From positions 83,359,117-83,423,116 of the forward strand of contig NC_068986.1 in the NCBI RefSeq assembly GCF_001194135.2: 64,000 bases of DNA, written 5' to 3'. This DNA is from Octopus bimaculoides (Eukaryota). Below, piece after piece: positions 1 through 13,903 of the stretch (its first letter is position 1; the number at the start of each line of letters is the position of its first letter). Both the position numbers and the translations under genes were made by a program. The notes under the pieces are model-generated. The model was not told the origin of the DNA. It ran no database searches and worked only from the letters and a program-made list of their open reading frames with translations.

Positions 1-56
<56 letters not shown>
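1..56. repeat. (TA)n(TG)n microsatellite; similar tracts near 5790, 42470, 42650, 53537 and 57577
   Basis: Seen directly. Confidence 0.95.
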
Positions 57-57
<1 letters not shown>

Positions 58-184
58 AACGTTCATAGTTCATGAGTCTAGTGTCTGAGAAATGGGCGGG
101 ATATTCACAGCTGGAAGGTCATTTCCCACGGGTTCGTTCCATCGTGAGAGACTGGAGATAAAGAAAACTAGCATTCATACTTAC

Positions 185-262
185 CTCGAAAGCTAGCCAT
201 GAATAAGGTGAAACAACATCATAAAATAATTCAACAAGTTTACGCGGTGCCGAACTCGCCAT
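185..262 (-). CDS. GSTK1: Glutathione S-transferase kappa 1, first coding exon (gene continues left of the window)
   Basis: Reverse complement reads ATG...MASSAPRKLVELFYDVVSPYSWLAFE then a GAG|gtaagt donor (phase 0). This matches the GSTK1 N-terminal motif VELFYDV.SPYSWL.FE with the catalytic Ser. The surroundings are CpG-rich. Confidence 0.93.
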
Positions 263-530
263 GTTTGGACTTTGGATTCTAGTTTATTTACACATGTAAC
301 AAGAGTAGACAATAGGATAAACTACACCCTGAGAGTTACGTCCCCTTATAACCTAAACCCTATACTACTGCAAAATAGAAACCCTAATTATATATTTTGA
401 ATCATTACTGACTCTTGTTCAAATCAAGAAGTCTCTCGGAGAACTGTCAATCGAGTTACTCTTATTTTATTATCCACTATCTTTTCGACAACTTTGGCCG
501 CCTTTTTTCAATCTAATATATCTATCTTTC

Positions 531-712
531 ATCTTTTACTTGTTTCAGTTATTGGACTGTAGCCATGCTGGAGCACCACCTTGAAGAGTTTTAGTCGAAC
601 AAATCGATTTCAGGACTTATTTTTAAAGCTCGGTACTTGTTCTGTTGATTTTTTTTTTACCGACCCACTAAGTTACAGGACGTAAACAAACTAACACTGT
701 GGTCTAGCGATC
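531..712 (-). mobile_element. 3' half of an abundant octopus-type SINE (family A)
   Basis: Matches the 47905-48296 and 40341-40525 copies (cttgtttcagt...gccatgctggagcacc...agtcga...taagttac.ggacgtaaaca). Confidence 0.75.
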
Positions 713-3700
713 GCCACTACATATATATAAAGGAACACAAATGAGGTTTAAAACTTATGACATCTGTTTTGGTTGATTGATATATTTATAGCATACATTT
801 TAAATAGGTATAAGATTTTGATGATCATGAATCCAACCTACATTATTAGATAATGTTGGCTGAATTCATCTTCATCATCAAGGCAGCATCTCACCTGTTT
901 ATACCATTTAAAAAGGCAGATTATATGCTACGAAGGTGTAATCTATGCATACCTCAAAATTCTCCTGAAATAGCTGTCGTAAATTTAGAACTCTATTTGT
1001 GCTCTTTTTATACCTATGTCCCAATTAGAACCAGCCTGGATCAGAGCTACATTTTAAATTGGATTTGGTACATACATACCTACTAACACAACTTCCTGAT
1101 TGTTTTACTTCACTGTGAACCCTATGTCATTGTACCTATCCATTTCTGGCATCCAACGTGATGTGCCTAAATTCTAAAAGCTTCTTTCAGTTTCTGTCAA
1201 TCAAATTCATTCATAAGTCTGACTGGCCTGAGGCTACAGTAGAAGACACTTGTTAAAGGAGCCATGCACTGGGACTGAATGTTGAACCATGTAGATAGGA
1301 AACAAACTTATATGTGCATGACATGCAGAATTTTTTCACACCCAGAATTGTTGAGGCATGGATTAAACTATCCATGTTGAGTGTTAGCTCATAAGGTTGA
1401 CTGTATTTTTCAAAATGCCAGGCTTCCCGACTTTGATCAACATTACCACTGACATGCCTATCTACTTTTACCTGTTTATGGCTTTGTCTAATTTTTTTTT
1501 AATCCTGTATACTATTTATGCACTTCTGGCCACCATTGCTGCTTCTTGTTCTCTCTTTTACCAATGAGTAGTAGCACAGGCCAATTTTGTCTTATCCCTT
1601 CAGGATAGACTTGATGAGCTGCCACCAAAGGATTACTATTATTCTAGGGGAATAAGCTGGCTGAATTGTCAACACCCTGGACAAAAAGCTTACCAGCATT
1701 TCATCTGCCTTCACATTATGAGTTCAAATGCTGCAGAGGTTGACTTTTTATCTCTTTTGGGATCAATAAAATAAGTACCAGTTGAGCACTGCAGGGTGTA
1801 GGGGACGTCGATATAATCAACTTGCCTCCTCTCCTGAAATTATTGACAGTGTGCCAAAATTTGAAATCATCATTATTAGACTTTATCTTTCAACTTTTGG
1901 GCCAACAAAATAAGTATCAGATGAACATTGGTGTTGATCAACCAGCCTTACACCAAAATTTCAGGCTTTGTGCCTATAGAAGAAAGGATCTCATAATAAT
2001 TTTGCTGGTTTCTGTCACTTAGCCTGTGTGTGTGATGCTTCTACACAATCAGGTGAGGCGGAGAAGGAGAGATTGTTGTGAGTGACGTGTGTAATTTTTT
2101 TTTTTCCTCCATTACTTAGCCTGTCTGTAACACTTTCATGTGATCAGTTGAATGGAACAGCTAAAAGCAAACGAAAAAGGGAGCAAGGTGAAGAGTGAGA
2201 AAGTGTTGTGTATTAAGTCTATAAAATTGTGCATAAAGTATATAGAGTGGAGTAATCAATCATTGTATTCCAATTTCCTTCACTTTTCAACGACTAGTAG
2301 ATGAGTGACTATCTTTAGATACAGACAACACAAGCTACACTTGCAGTTTTTTTTTGATAAAGTCTTCAGAAACAATCCAATAAATTTACCATTAATTCTG
2401 TGAAATATTCATAAGTCCCACTAGTTATTATTCAAGCAGGGCAGGCTGGCAGAATTGCTAGTATTCTGAACAAAACACATAGCAGTGTTTCTTCAAATGC
2501 TGCCAAGTTTGACTTAATCTTTTATCTGTTAAAGGAAAAATAAAACATGCAGCAGATGAAAACTGAGGTCAAATTTCCAAATTTCAGGCCTTGTGCCCAG
2601 AGGAGAAAGGATTATTATTATTGGAAGAAGATAGTCAATTACATTGGCACCAGTACTTGACTGGTATTTCATTTTATAGATGCTGAAAGGGTGGAAAGCA
2701 AACCATCTTTCATTGAGTTCAATGCCTTTCATACTATTGGTATCAGTAAAATAAAGTATCCTTTGGACCTTGAAGTTTTCCAAATTAGTTTTTAAAAAAT
2801 TTTTTAAATGCAGTTCTAAACTTGTTTTGCATGTTGGTGATGAATATTGCATTTGTTTTCTTTCTTATAAATTGATAAAGAAGTTAGGAGCATTTTATGT
2901 CATCTAATTTTAGCCAATTGAAAGTGTTTGTTGCGAATATTGAAAATCACAGCTGGGTGGTATCATGGAAATCAGCAAAGACAGAAATAAGACAAAGGAG
3001 ATGAATTCAAGGTAGTATTGTTAGCACACCAAACAAAATGCTTAGCAGCACTCCTGGCTTAATGTTCTGAGTTCAAATTCTGCTGAGGTCCATTTTGCCT
3101 TTCAAGATTGATCAAATACACAACATTTGATCACTTGTGGAGATGAAATTGACTATCACAACTCTTTCAAAACTGCATGCCTTGTGTGCCTATAGTAGGA
3201 AGGATTATTATTTTAGAGGTCTTTGAAAGATCAGAGAAACTAGTAGTAATATCAACTAGAATGTAAACTTCACTATCATTTTGATTAAACAGCATTAAAC
3301 AAAATAACATTCATGCACACACACACACACACACTCCCTCTTACCTCAGTTTTCTACCAATCAAATGAAGAATTGGTCGGTCCTGAGCTATAAATACAAT
3401 TTGCCCAAGATACTGTGTAGTGAAAATAACCCCCAAACCACATAGTTGCAAAGCCAACCACTTAACCACACATGTCTAATAATACATTCTAACGTGTGCA
3501 TTTAACACTGCTTATATCTTATTGAACAGTAGGTCATACCGTAACATAATCTTATAAAAGTACTATGTTTTAGACAAATTGCTTAAAATGAGAAAGAAAA
3601 ATGCTGGCAATCTCCACTTGGTCTGATAATGTTGATCAGAATTGCAGAAGCTTAATTGTTATAAAGAATTTTAAATATAAACTCTAAACAGGTTTTGTAT

Positions 3701-5784
3701 CATAGTCCCAGGAGGAAGTCTGCAGCTGATATTGAAAGAGGAGTGTTCTGCATATTAAATACACATACAGTAGACTGTCACAGGCCTACAAGTTGAAAAG
3801 CTCAATTAATTGGAAAAATGAGAAAAAATTGTTTAAAATCTAAAAATAAGCAACGTCACATATCAACTAATCAGTATTTCCCAATGCATTTATGAGCGTA
3901 TCTAGCCCACTACTTTCACCAGTTGACCTTGAAGATATTTTGACCTCGTTAGATCTGATAAGATTGGAGGAAAAAAAAAAATCAATACATAAGTAAAACG
4001 GAAAATAACTGCGCTGGTTATATAAATGCAAAAACTCAGGAAATTGAAATAAATACTGCTTTTATTAGATGGCTTTACGATTAGCGCCTAAATGCTTGGC
4101 AAATATTTTCTAAAAATCCTGAGTTATCTCCCGTCCTCGATTCCTACATCCCTTTAATTGCAAGGATGCTTTCGGTTAGTAGTTTTTCACCTCATTGGAG
4201 AAGGACGAACAGGTTGGACTACTGTATCTAGCAATCTTGAAGAGTTGTTTTATCCATGGAGTTCGGTTGGAAGACCTCAACTGCACGAGCTGGCAGACAT
4301 AAACCAGAAACTTATTGGGACGTGTATAAGTAATAAGATAGAAGGTAATCTATCCTAGGAAGATGAAATACAAAATCAATTCTATAACGTTCGAACTTTG
4401 AAAATGAAGCATAAGGATAAAGCCAGAAATTTAGCAGGAGAAAAGGTGATAACAATGCCAGCACTTCATTGGTACATTATTAACTGCAGACTGATAAAAG
4501 GCGACATTGATTATATGGCCAGTGTTGAACAATATGCCTTGTAGTATTCGTTTCGATTTTTTACATTTTAACAACTAATTTACTATAAGGACACACACAA
4601 TTGCTTATAACATAAATGAGACAAGTGATTAACCAATGATATTGTCTTTGATACTAGAGGTATGAAAGGAAAAGTTAACTAGTTAGAAATTTGAACTTAG
4701 ACCGTAGAAATAGAGCAAATACAGAAAGGCATTTTGTCCAAAGCACTACAAATAATTGTTTCTAGCATACGAACAAAACCTGAAATTTAAGGAAAGAAAT
4801 TAATGATATTTATATTCCTTGGTGACAACAGGACAGTCAGCACTTTCAAAGAGTGTCAGTGAAATAAATTCCTTACTTGGAAAACAAGGATTGGCAACAA
4901 GAACATTCAGTGGAACAATCTTGCCCCAAATAGATCCTTGTCCAACTTGTGCTAGCATGGAAAAGCAGCTGTTAAATGGATGAATGTCCAACCACTGATG
5001 TTAATGTAAGAATCAAGACAACAGCTTCAAACCTAAATTTCAATTGTTGTTTCTTTTTTTAATCAAAAATCAAGACAATTATAAGAATAGTAAATAAACA
5101 AACAAAATATTTCAATATTGTTTCAGTCATTGGAGTAAACATGCTGAAACACCATTTTCAAGAGTATAATCAATTATATCAAGTCTAGTACTTTCATGTG
5201 GTGCTTTTTTGTTTAAACTTTTGAAGGATGAAAACCAAAGTCAACATGGGTCACTTCTTTGTTTCAATTCCAAAGTAATGAGATGTAATCAAATACCAGA
5301 ATGTTGTTAGTTCAACTCAACAGACTGCCAAGATATTAGAACAAAGATGAACCATAGCATTAAAAAAAAAGAAAAAAAAAAGAAACTTATGCAACAAATA
5401 GGAAACAGGCCATGAATCAGTTTTTTAAAATTTTATTTACAAAAATGAAAATCTGCTTTAGTATATCAATGATCATTCAGATATATATAGAGAGAGATAG
5501 ATAGATAGATAGAGAGCATAAGTGCATTGGATAAATCAAGTGTTTATTGTTATGTGTTCACATGTGTTATGTGATGTGATGTGGAGTGGAGTGGGTGACC
5601 TAGCAAGGTCAGAAGTTATGATGATCTACTGATGTCAGAATATAAAGTTAAATCACATGTATATATTTTATTATATGAACCTCCCACACAAAGCAGGTGC
5701 ATAGGTCCATGAGAATTGTGTATTATAAATATGTATTAATGAAATGAGCTAAAATTCATATTTAGATCAATATTTGCGAAGGGA

Positions 5785-5823
<39 letters not shown>

Positions 5824-6333
5824 ATATCTGTGTGTGTAAGCACATATATATTAGCTTGAGTACATAGAGAACAGTATTCATAAATCAGTATAATAGAGAA
5901 TAGATGAGAATGTGCATATAGGAAGATATAAATACAAAAACAACATAGTAAATTACAAGCATATAAGACCTAACTAGGAGTTGAATAAGTAATATTGCTG
6001 GAGTAGTGTATCAGATTTGGTATTGTCATCTACAATCCAGTTATATTCTAAGTTAACACAACCTATATTTTGTTTTAGGAATAAAAATATTAAACCGGTT
6101 TTAGTTACAACAGAAGGAAAAGCCTTTTGTTTTCATATAACCTTCTATAAGAACTAACTAGCAAGAGTGCACAAGACACCAACAAAGAGCTAGTAAAATG
6201 CATCATTGGAACTAGCTAAGATTGTTAATATGAAGTACATTCGAGTGATCAAGACACCTAAAGAAGCACAAGATAGCATTATTAACAGAAAGAAAGAACT
6301 TACACCAAAACCCAGATTTGAAAGAACCAGCAC

Positions 6334-6544
6334 CATCATCATCGTTTAACGTCCGCTTTCCATGCTAGCATGGGTTGGACGATTTGACTGAGGACTGGTG
6401 AAACCGGATGGCAACACCAGGCTCCAGTCTGATTTGGCAGAGTTTCTACAGCTGGATGCCCTTCCTAACGCCAACCACTCAGAGAGTGTAGTGGGTGCTT
6501 TTACGTGTCACCCGCACGAAAACGGCCACGCTCGAAATGGTGTC
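6334..6544 (-). mobile_element. 3' tail of RTE-type LINE, running into an assembly gap
   Basis: catcatcatcgtttaacgtccgctttccatgctagcatgggttggacg... is nearly identical to 27650-27963 and the reverse of 23819-23958. Confidence 0.85.
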
Positions 6545-7254
6545 NNNNNNNNNNNNNNNNNNNNNNNNNNNNNNNNNNNNNNNNNNNNNNNNNNNNNNNN
6601 NNNNNNNNNNNNNNNNNNNNNNNNNNNNNNNNNNNNNNNNNNNNNNNNNNNNNNNNNNNNNNNNNNNNNNNNNNNNNNNNNNNNNNNNNNNNNNNNNNNN
6701 NNNNNNNNNNNNNNNNNNNNNNNNNNNNNNNNNNNNNNNNNNNNNNNNNNNNNNNNNNNNNNNNNNNNNNNNNNNNNNNNNNNNNNNNNNNNNNNNNNNN
6801 NNNNNNNNNNNNNNNNNNNNNNNNNNNNNNNNNNNNNNNNNNNNNNNNNNNNNNNNNNNNNNNNNNNNNNNNNNNNNNNNNNNNNNNNNNNNNNNNNNNN
6901 NNNNNNNNNNNNNNNNNNNNNNNNNNNNNNNNNNNNNNNNNNNNNNNNNNNNNNNNNNNNNNNNNNNNNNNNNNNNNNNNNNNNNNNNNNNNNNNNNNNN
7001 NNNNNNNNNNNNNNNNNNNNNNNNNNNNNNNNNNNNNNNNNNNNNNNNNNNNNNNNNNNNNNNNNNNNNNNNNNNNNNNNNNNNNNNNNNNNNNNNNNNN
7101 NNNNNNNNNNNNNNNNNNNNNNNNNNNNNNNNNNNNNNNNNNNNNNNNNNNNNNNNNNNNNNNNNNNNNNNNNNNNNNNNNNNNNNNNNNNNNNNNNNNN
7201 NNNNNNNNNNNNNNNNNNNNNNNNNNNNNNNNNNNNNNNNNNNNNNNNNNNNNN
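6545..7254. other. Assembly gap (N run)
   Basis: 710 Ns; ORF-track entries spanning it are artefacts. Confidence 1.
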
Positions 7255-7687
7255 GGGGCTCCTCCCAACGAATTTTGTGAGGAATTGCGAATGAAAGGAG
7301 TCGCAGTGAAATTTGTGCCTAGCTTGCTCAAGGAAGATCAAAAGTAGTCATGACTGAATGCATGTCATGAACTGAAAAAGCAGTTGGAAGTTGATCGGGA
7401 CGTTTTTTTTTTATCAAAGGACTATTTTCGAATGTCATCACTGGTGACGAATGCTGGTGCTATGGAATTTGCAGATGTGGAAGAAGTGAAGCAAAAAACG
7501 ACAGAGGTGTTAAAAGGCATCACTTTGCAAGAGTTCCAGCACTGCTTCAAATAGTGGAAAATACACCTGGATTGATGCATTGTTTCAAACTGAGAATACT
7601 CTGAAGGTGATAAAAGTGTAAATATGTAAAACTAAGTGAATAAAATAATATTGCAAAATTGTGGTTTCTTATGGGTACCCCCTCGTA
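7255..7687 (+). mobile_element. Mariner/Tc1 transposon relic, 3' part with internal deletion
   Basis: Degenerate transposase fragments (VAVKFVPSLL, NVITGDECW, FADVEEVKQKTTEVLKGI...) and a terminal ...gggtacccccctcg|TA. Confidence 0.8.
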
Positions 7688-8404
7688 TGATCGAGGGAAA
7701 ATACCTCAGGAACTTCATCTTAAACACACATATGGAAGGATCTTACATATGAAGACTTGAAAAACCTCAGTTAACTAAAATTATCTTACTAAGGATGTTT
7801 AAAATCTAAGAAGATAACTCCGAAAAGGTCATTTGAAATTTTGGGGAAATATAGACAATGTAGGAGGGAAGGGATTTTGCCTTGAAAAAGGCAACTGACA
7901 AAAGCAGTGGAGTGAAGGAGAGTGAGTGGGGGCGAGAGAGTAATGATGTTGATTACAAATATCAACAACATAGATGAATAAAAGTACCTTAGTAAGTGTT
8001 CTGTGTGTTAGATACACATCAAACAATCTCATAACTACAATATATACAACCTCAAAATTCCATTACAAATATAATCTCAACATTCTGTTACAATTTAGCA
8101 CACTAAACAAATCTAAGACAAGAATTACAGATTCTGGTCTTAAAACATAAAATACAAATTCCAAAATCAGAATATTTTTATGGGCAAGCATAAATATATT
8201 GACAATATATCTTAATATTTAAAGCAGAGTTTGTGTGTGTGTGCAAGCATGTGCATGTATGTATGTTCCTTATGCATTAAAAAATTTAGTTACTGACGTT
8301 GACGTATGGGGTGTCAAAAGATAGTTATCTTTCGGCTACCAAATAAACATTTTCATTACAAAAATTTAACAATTTTTCTGTAAGTGAACTATTGTAAATG
8401 ACAT

Positions 8405-8633
8405 TTAACACTTTAGTGTTCGCATTATTCTGCCAAAATTAATGCTTTTTCATCCACATTGTTTTGAACTAATCATGCATTATCTTGTAGCTATGAGATT
8501 TTGATGAGGTAGCTGTTAATTTTTAAAACGATATTGTAGGGTTGGTGTGAGAGACCAGATTTGGCCAGTTTGAACATAAAACAAGCAGAATACTTTTGGC
8601 TGGATATGGCCGGTTTAAATGCTAAAGGGTTAA
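8405..8633. mobile_element. TTAA-flanked MITE (piggyBac-like termini)
   Basis: ttaa-cacttagtg...gccggtttaaatgctaaaggg-ttaa. Related copies at 58819-59012 and, more degenerate, about 54300-54560. Confidence 0.65.
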
Positions 8634-8944
8634 TACTACGAAGATGACACATTTTCTACACAAGTGTATGTGTTTGCACATTTGTTACGTACTTTAGGCC
8701 CATGATTGAAGTATGTGTGTTAATATATATACATTTTTGTGATGACTGACCCCCCACCGCTAAAGAGAGACAAATACAGGAACAGAGATATACCTGAAGC
8801 ATGCGTGAATGCATGTCTGTGTGTCTTAGCATATGTATGCGAGTATGTTAGACTGTGTGATAATTTTTATACATTAAGCCTCAGATAAACACATCTACAC
8901 ATACATATGTGTATGAGTCTGTAAGTGTTTTTGCATTCTTTACA

Positions 8945-9724
8945 TCTATACTAAAGGATATTTATGCAACTACCCTCCTCAACGAGAGAAGAGCTGCTCA
9001 ATCCCCCTCTAAACCTTGCAATGACAGAATCTCAAATGTGTAGCATTTCTAAAAATTCAGCAAACTTGCCTCATTGTTTGGGATAAGTGCACTATGTCAC
9101 ATTGTGAAGCTCTAGAGGTACTCAACTGTACCCTCCAAGATATAAAAAACAATAGCATGGTCATGGGAAGAGCAACGGTTCTTGCAGATTTGTCAAATGT
9201 TGCCAGTTATCCCCAAAGGATGATAACTGGTAACATGACCTCATCAAAAGCTGATGAGGTCATGCATGCTTACAAAAATCATACCTTTGGAGACATGTAA
9301 AAAAAACTTCATCTTACAAGATATTACTTCTACAGGGTGATGATACAATCTTTTTAAGATTGGCAATGAGATAATAACATTCAACTCAAGACTTCAGCTA
9401 CATGAAATTACATACAACCAAATAATACTTTCTCTCATGGATAAAGTATTTCATAGTTTATCTGTCAATTACACTGATGTAAACTGGCTATGTAAAAGAG
9501 CTATACTGGTTTCAACTAATGAAATGGTTAATAAACTTAATCATGAACTTCAAAAGTTAACATAGCTCAGAAATGACCAGTTCGAAATTCTATTATTATG
9601 ATTTGGATATTTTTTTTATAGAATGTAGATATTTTGAAATAATTACGAGAATATAGCTTTATATTTATTGTTCATTAATCTGAATAAAAACAATGACCCG
9701 AGCAATGCCAGGTCATTCAGCTAG
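8945..9724 (+). mobile_element. Non-autonomous Helitron deletion derivative with a PIF1-like helicase fragment
   Basis: A|TCTATACTA 5' end; 3' hairpin aatgacc...ggtcatt followed by CTAG|T; internal helicase remnant (..TMSHCEALEVLNCTLQDIKNN..MG). Confidence 0.8.
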
Positions 9725-9891
9725 TATACTATATACAACAAATACCTACATGCATACAAACTTCTATACACATAAACAAGTACTAATTGTATAGATGAAG
9801 ATTTTCTTGAAGTGATGTGAACCAAAAGTTATCTTAAACAACACAAAAAGTGCAGAATTCAACAGTCATTAACTACACTGGAACAAAAAAG

Positions 9892-9923
<32 letters not shown>

Positions 9924-10194
9924 AGGAAAGAAACTGATATATGTGAAAATACACAATTATATGCTATTATATATAGGGAAAAGAACCAAGGTTCATGAAC
10001 TCATCGGTGAAAATCCACTGTCACATAGAAAAATTAATAAGTAAAAGCACAATAAATAAATATAATATAATAAATATGACTTTAATGAAACTTAATTTTA
10101 TTTTAATAAATTGATTTTAATTTGGTTTTTACCTGTAATTTTAGATTTTTATCCCTATTATTATCATTATATATGTAAATTATATATATATAAC

Positions 10195-11500
10195 CAAAAC
10201 TGAAGGGAACAGTGATGAAAGTGCAGAGGAGTTCCATGAGAATGTATAGAACTGTCAACACCACACCAGCACATAACATGCTGCTTGTTCTGGATGACCT
10301 CAATATACATCTGAGTAAGAAGAGCAGTGTAGATCCTTGCTGGTACTTCTGTAACACTCTGCTGGAGGTGAGCTTGATAGCAACCAACCCAAGGTTTAGG
10401 AAAAACCTGGGGAAAATGTGGACCTACATTTCTGATATGCATCTGTCCAAGTCCCAGATTGATTTCATTCTGGTGAGGAAGAAGTGGTGAAACAGTGTTC
10501 TGAACATAAAACCATACAACTATTTCAGTATATTGGGCAGTGACTACCGGCTTGCTATGAGTAATGTCTGGGTGAGCTTAAGAAAGAGTAAGGCTCAACA
10601 CCAAAGAGCATTCAAGGAAGATAAGCTATAGGAGAGGTACACAGTAGAAGCGAGGAACAGGTTTAGTGCTCTGTGTGGAGAGACAGAGGAAAGAGAAATT
10701 GGAGGGACTGAGACTCTGGCTTTACTGTAGCACAAGCTCAGAACAGGAGGGTCAAAGCTAAAAAGATATCAGATGCTGAACTTGCTGACGACAAACACAG
10801 TAAGGGAGGTAGAGTAATTAATGCAGGAGGTGGAGACTGTGTCGATGAGTGTGGGGCTGAAAATGAATGAGAATAAGATGAAGTATCTGGTAAAGAACAT
10901 TAAGCCAGAGATTATGAATGTAGGCGGGAAACCACTAGAGTTGGTTGAGGACTTCCTGTAGCTGGGAGTAAAGATTGGGAACACAGAATAATATAATTGA
11001 AAAGAAGAGAAAAGCCTGAGTGGCATGCCACAGTTCGAGATTTGTATGGAAGTTGGACCTTTGTAAATGTTCCTGCTGCAGTGGAGTGTGCTGTTGTACA
11101 GGTCTGAGACCTGGACAGTGACCAAGAAACTCATTCAGATGGTGGATGGGTGCTACACAAGAATGCTGAGAATGGCTCTGAACATTAATCAATATACACT
11201 GAGGATGTATAAACTCAGAGCTGTATGAGAGCCTTCCAAAAGTTAGCTCGAAAATAACACAGAGGAGACTGAGGTTAGCTGGACATGCTCACCATCATTC
11301 AGAGTTGATACTGTACTCAGTGCTCCTGTGAGAGCCCCCTACAAGGGCACACTTGAAGAGGGGGACCGAGGATGATGTTGTACCAAGGACAGACACTGGT
11401 CTCTGGGAGACACACGACATGGCAGTGATGATAGACAAAGATTGCTGGAGAGAACTCGTCCATGGATCTCGGGAATTTAATCTGCCCTAGATAGATGACT
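10195..11500 (+). mobile_element. Degenerate, internally deleted non-LTR retrotransposon (RTE/RTEX-like ORF2)
   Basis: APE fragments (HNMLLVLDDLNIHL, QIDFILVRKKW) followed by C-terminal motifs (LLY.SETWTVTK, DGCYTRMLRMALNI, RRLRLAGH); many stops and frameshifts. Confidence 0.8.
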
Positions 11501-12871
11501 ACATATGTAACTATACACAATTTATAACAATTAAACTGAACCACAATTATAACTATAACCATATATAATTATCAATAACCTTGTATGAATTATTATACTG
11601 ACATTTGCAACATTAGTAGAAAGTTTGATATCAAAAAGAATTGTTGAGCTCAATGATGCTTGAAGAGAAAGGATGAATTCTCTTTCATGATTGAATTAAA
11701 AAGTCTTTACCAGTAAATTAAAGAACCTGAAAGCAGCATCTTTTATAGACAAATAAATTAGAAAACTACACCTTAAAATGATCAAAAACTCAATGTAAAG
11801 TCAGGGGAATCTAGTGTGCTAATTTAAAGATAAGCATGATTATAATAAAAAGAAATTATCTACATACATACATATCGGTCATGCCATGAAATCACTAGCA
11901 TAAGAAGGGCATACAGCTTTAAAAACTAAAGAAAAAAGTCAAGGTTGGAACAAATGCAACTGTATAGAGGGGACTCTAGTCTCCGCTAACTTCAAGTGCC
12001 AGCAGAGCATCTAACAGAAACGGGATATATGTAATAGTAAACACAGCCAGTTTTCTTGTTGCATATTACAGATGATGAAGGACTAACAATTAATGAGATG
12101 TTTGGAGACCCCATCCAAACCATGCCAACACGAAAAAGAAAAAATATATTTCACCTCATCACCTTGCTTGGAAACAAGTGAGGGTTGGCAACAAGGACAT
12201 CTGGTTGTAGAAAATCTGCCATTAAATTATGTTCAACCCATAGCTATTTCCAGGCAAAGTGAGGTCTTATATACATCAAGATTGTTATAAACAGCACCAA
12301 AGAAATATTACTTATCAGATGGAAAACTGAAAGACAAATCCTATATTATAAAAAGAATTAAATTAAGATTTTAATGTTATCTTCACTAAATTCACAAAAC
12401 TCTTGCATAAACTCAAGATAAGCAATATTTAGGTTTTTTTGAGTTGCTTTTATATCTAGCAGGCAGAAAGAAGGATGAACAAGATTGTGTATCAGTTTTC
12501 TCTTAAGGCCATTAGTGATACAAGTTAGATGAAATGTCAACTGCTGGTGCAGACATTCAATTTTAATTTGTTGGAAGAAAAGAACCACCAACATCTTATG
12601 TAATGCTATGCCACACACAAAGAAAATCAAATTGTGACAAGGAAATGCCTTAATAGCAGACACTGACTTTTCAGAAGAAAACGAGAAAAGAAAAAAAAAA
12701 AAAAAAAAAAACAGGTCAATGAGAGTAGGTGTATGGCTGGTCAGAATTATCACCTGGTTCTTGAAGAGAAGCAAAGTTGAAATATTAAAATATTTAAAAT
12801 AAATTGATCTTCATGAATAGGAACAACCCAAAAGATCTAAGAACCAAGAAAGAATCGAACATCTTGAAACC

Positions 12872-13170
12872 TTAGTTGTCAGCTTTCACATTGCGCACAC
12901 GGCTCTTATAACAGAATTTTGGAGTCTGAGGAATAGTAGGGGGTAGCAAGTTACGCTGAATCTCAACTGCTTTATAATGTCGAATGGGCATGGCTTTGTG
13001 TACAGCCTCAGCCCTTAGCCGTTGGATTTCTTTCTCTTCTTCCTCTCTCCTCAGCTGTTCCTGCTCTATTTGTAATGCCTGTAGCTCCATCTCATGTGCC
13101 TTCTTCTGATCAAAATACTGCTGACGTTGAGCTTGACGCATCTCTGTGTTTAGCTTGAACTCAACAACCT
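12872..13170 (-). CDS. TPX2: TPX2 coding exon 13 (last; C-terminal TPX2 domain, stop at 12872)
   Basis: ttacag|AG acceptor, phase 1; EVVEFKLNTEMR...LRAEAVHKAMPIRHYKAVEI...PPTIPQTPKF resembles the TPX2 C-terminus (LVHKANPIRKY...TVPVSPKF). Confidence 0.95.
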
Positions 13171-13791
13171 CTGTAAATGGGAAGATACAAAAGATTATTT
13201 TTGAGTAGGGTCATTGGCAAATGTTTATAGAAGAAAATATTTACTGAAATTGTGGGAAAGAGATATAACTAGGGACCTATTGTTTGAGGTTGTGAATGTC
13301 ATGACTGTTGCTAAAACTAATATTTCACATTACTTATCAAGGATTTCACAAAAAAACTATAGAAACGGTTCAAGATTAACACTTGATTGTCATAAAATAC
13401 AGAGTTAACGTCTTTAGTTTAACATTCAATAGTTTTAAGAGGAACTATAGCCATCATTTCATAAATGTGTATTGTCCTTTTTAAATTAAATCCGATTCCA
13501 TTTATACTGGTTTTAGAATATTTTCCATGTAATATATATATTCCTGGTCTGATCCATCAAACAATACTTATTGTATTACTTCAACCCAAACCACTCCACT
13601 ATATCAATAGTGCAATGATAAAAATCCCAATAATAGATTAACGATTTTTAACAGTGGCATAAGGCCACAAATTTTGAAAGACATCTATATGAATAGAAGT
13701 GAAATTGTCTGTCCAGGACCCCTGATTCTCAGCCTACATAGACATACACATTTTTGGAATCAGACATTCACAGGATGTAGTCAATACTTAC

Positions 13792-13903
13792 CAACTGTGC
13801 GTTTATGATCCAGATGTGGTACAAATGGGGTTTTATTGATGATATCACAAGGTTGTGCTTTAAACTTCATATTTTCTTCAAACAATCTGGCTTCCTCTTC
13901 AAG
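13792..13903 (-). CDS. TPX2: TPX2 coding exon 12
   Basis: ttacag|...|gtaagt; LEEEARLFEENMKFKAQPCDIINKTPFVPHLDHKRTV; phase 0 to 1. Confidence 0.93.

Noticed and set aside
2529-2852. 107-aa minus-strand ORF
   Set aside because: It overlaps degenerate SINE sequence and has no recognisable domain or splice support.
6398-7347. Long ORFs in the track across 6.4-7.3 kb (and likewise 38.5-39.4, 41.7-42.3 and 62.3-62.9 kb)
   Set aside because: They are runs of X from N-gaps joined to repeat or microsatellite flanks.
12358-12774. 138-aa minus-strand ORF just downstream of the TPX2 stop
   Set aside because: Low-complexity and driven by a poly-T run; most likely TPX2 3' UTR.
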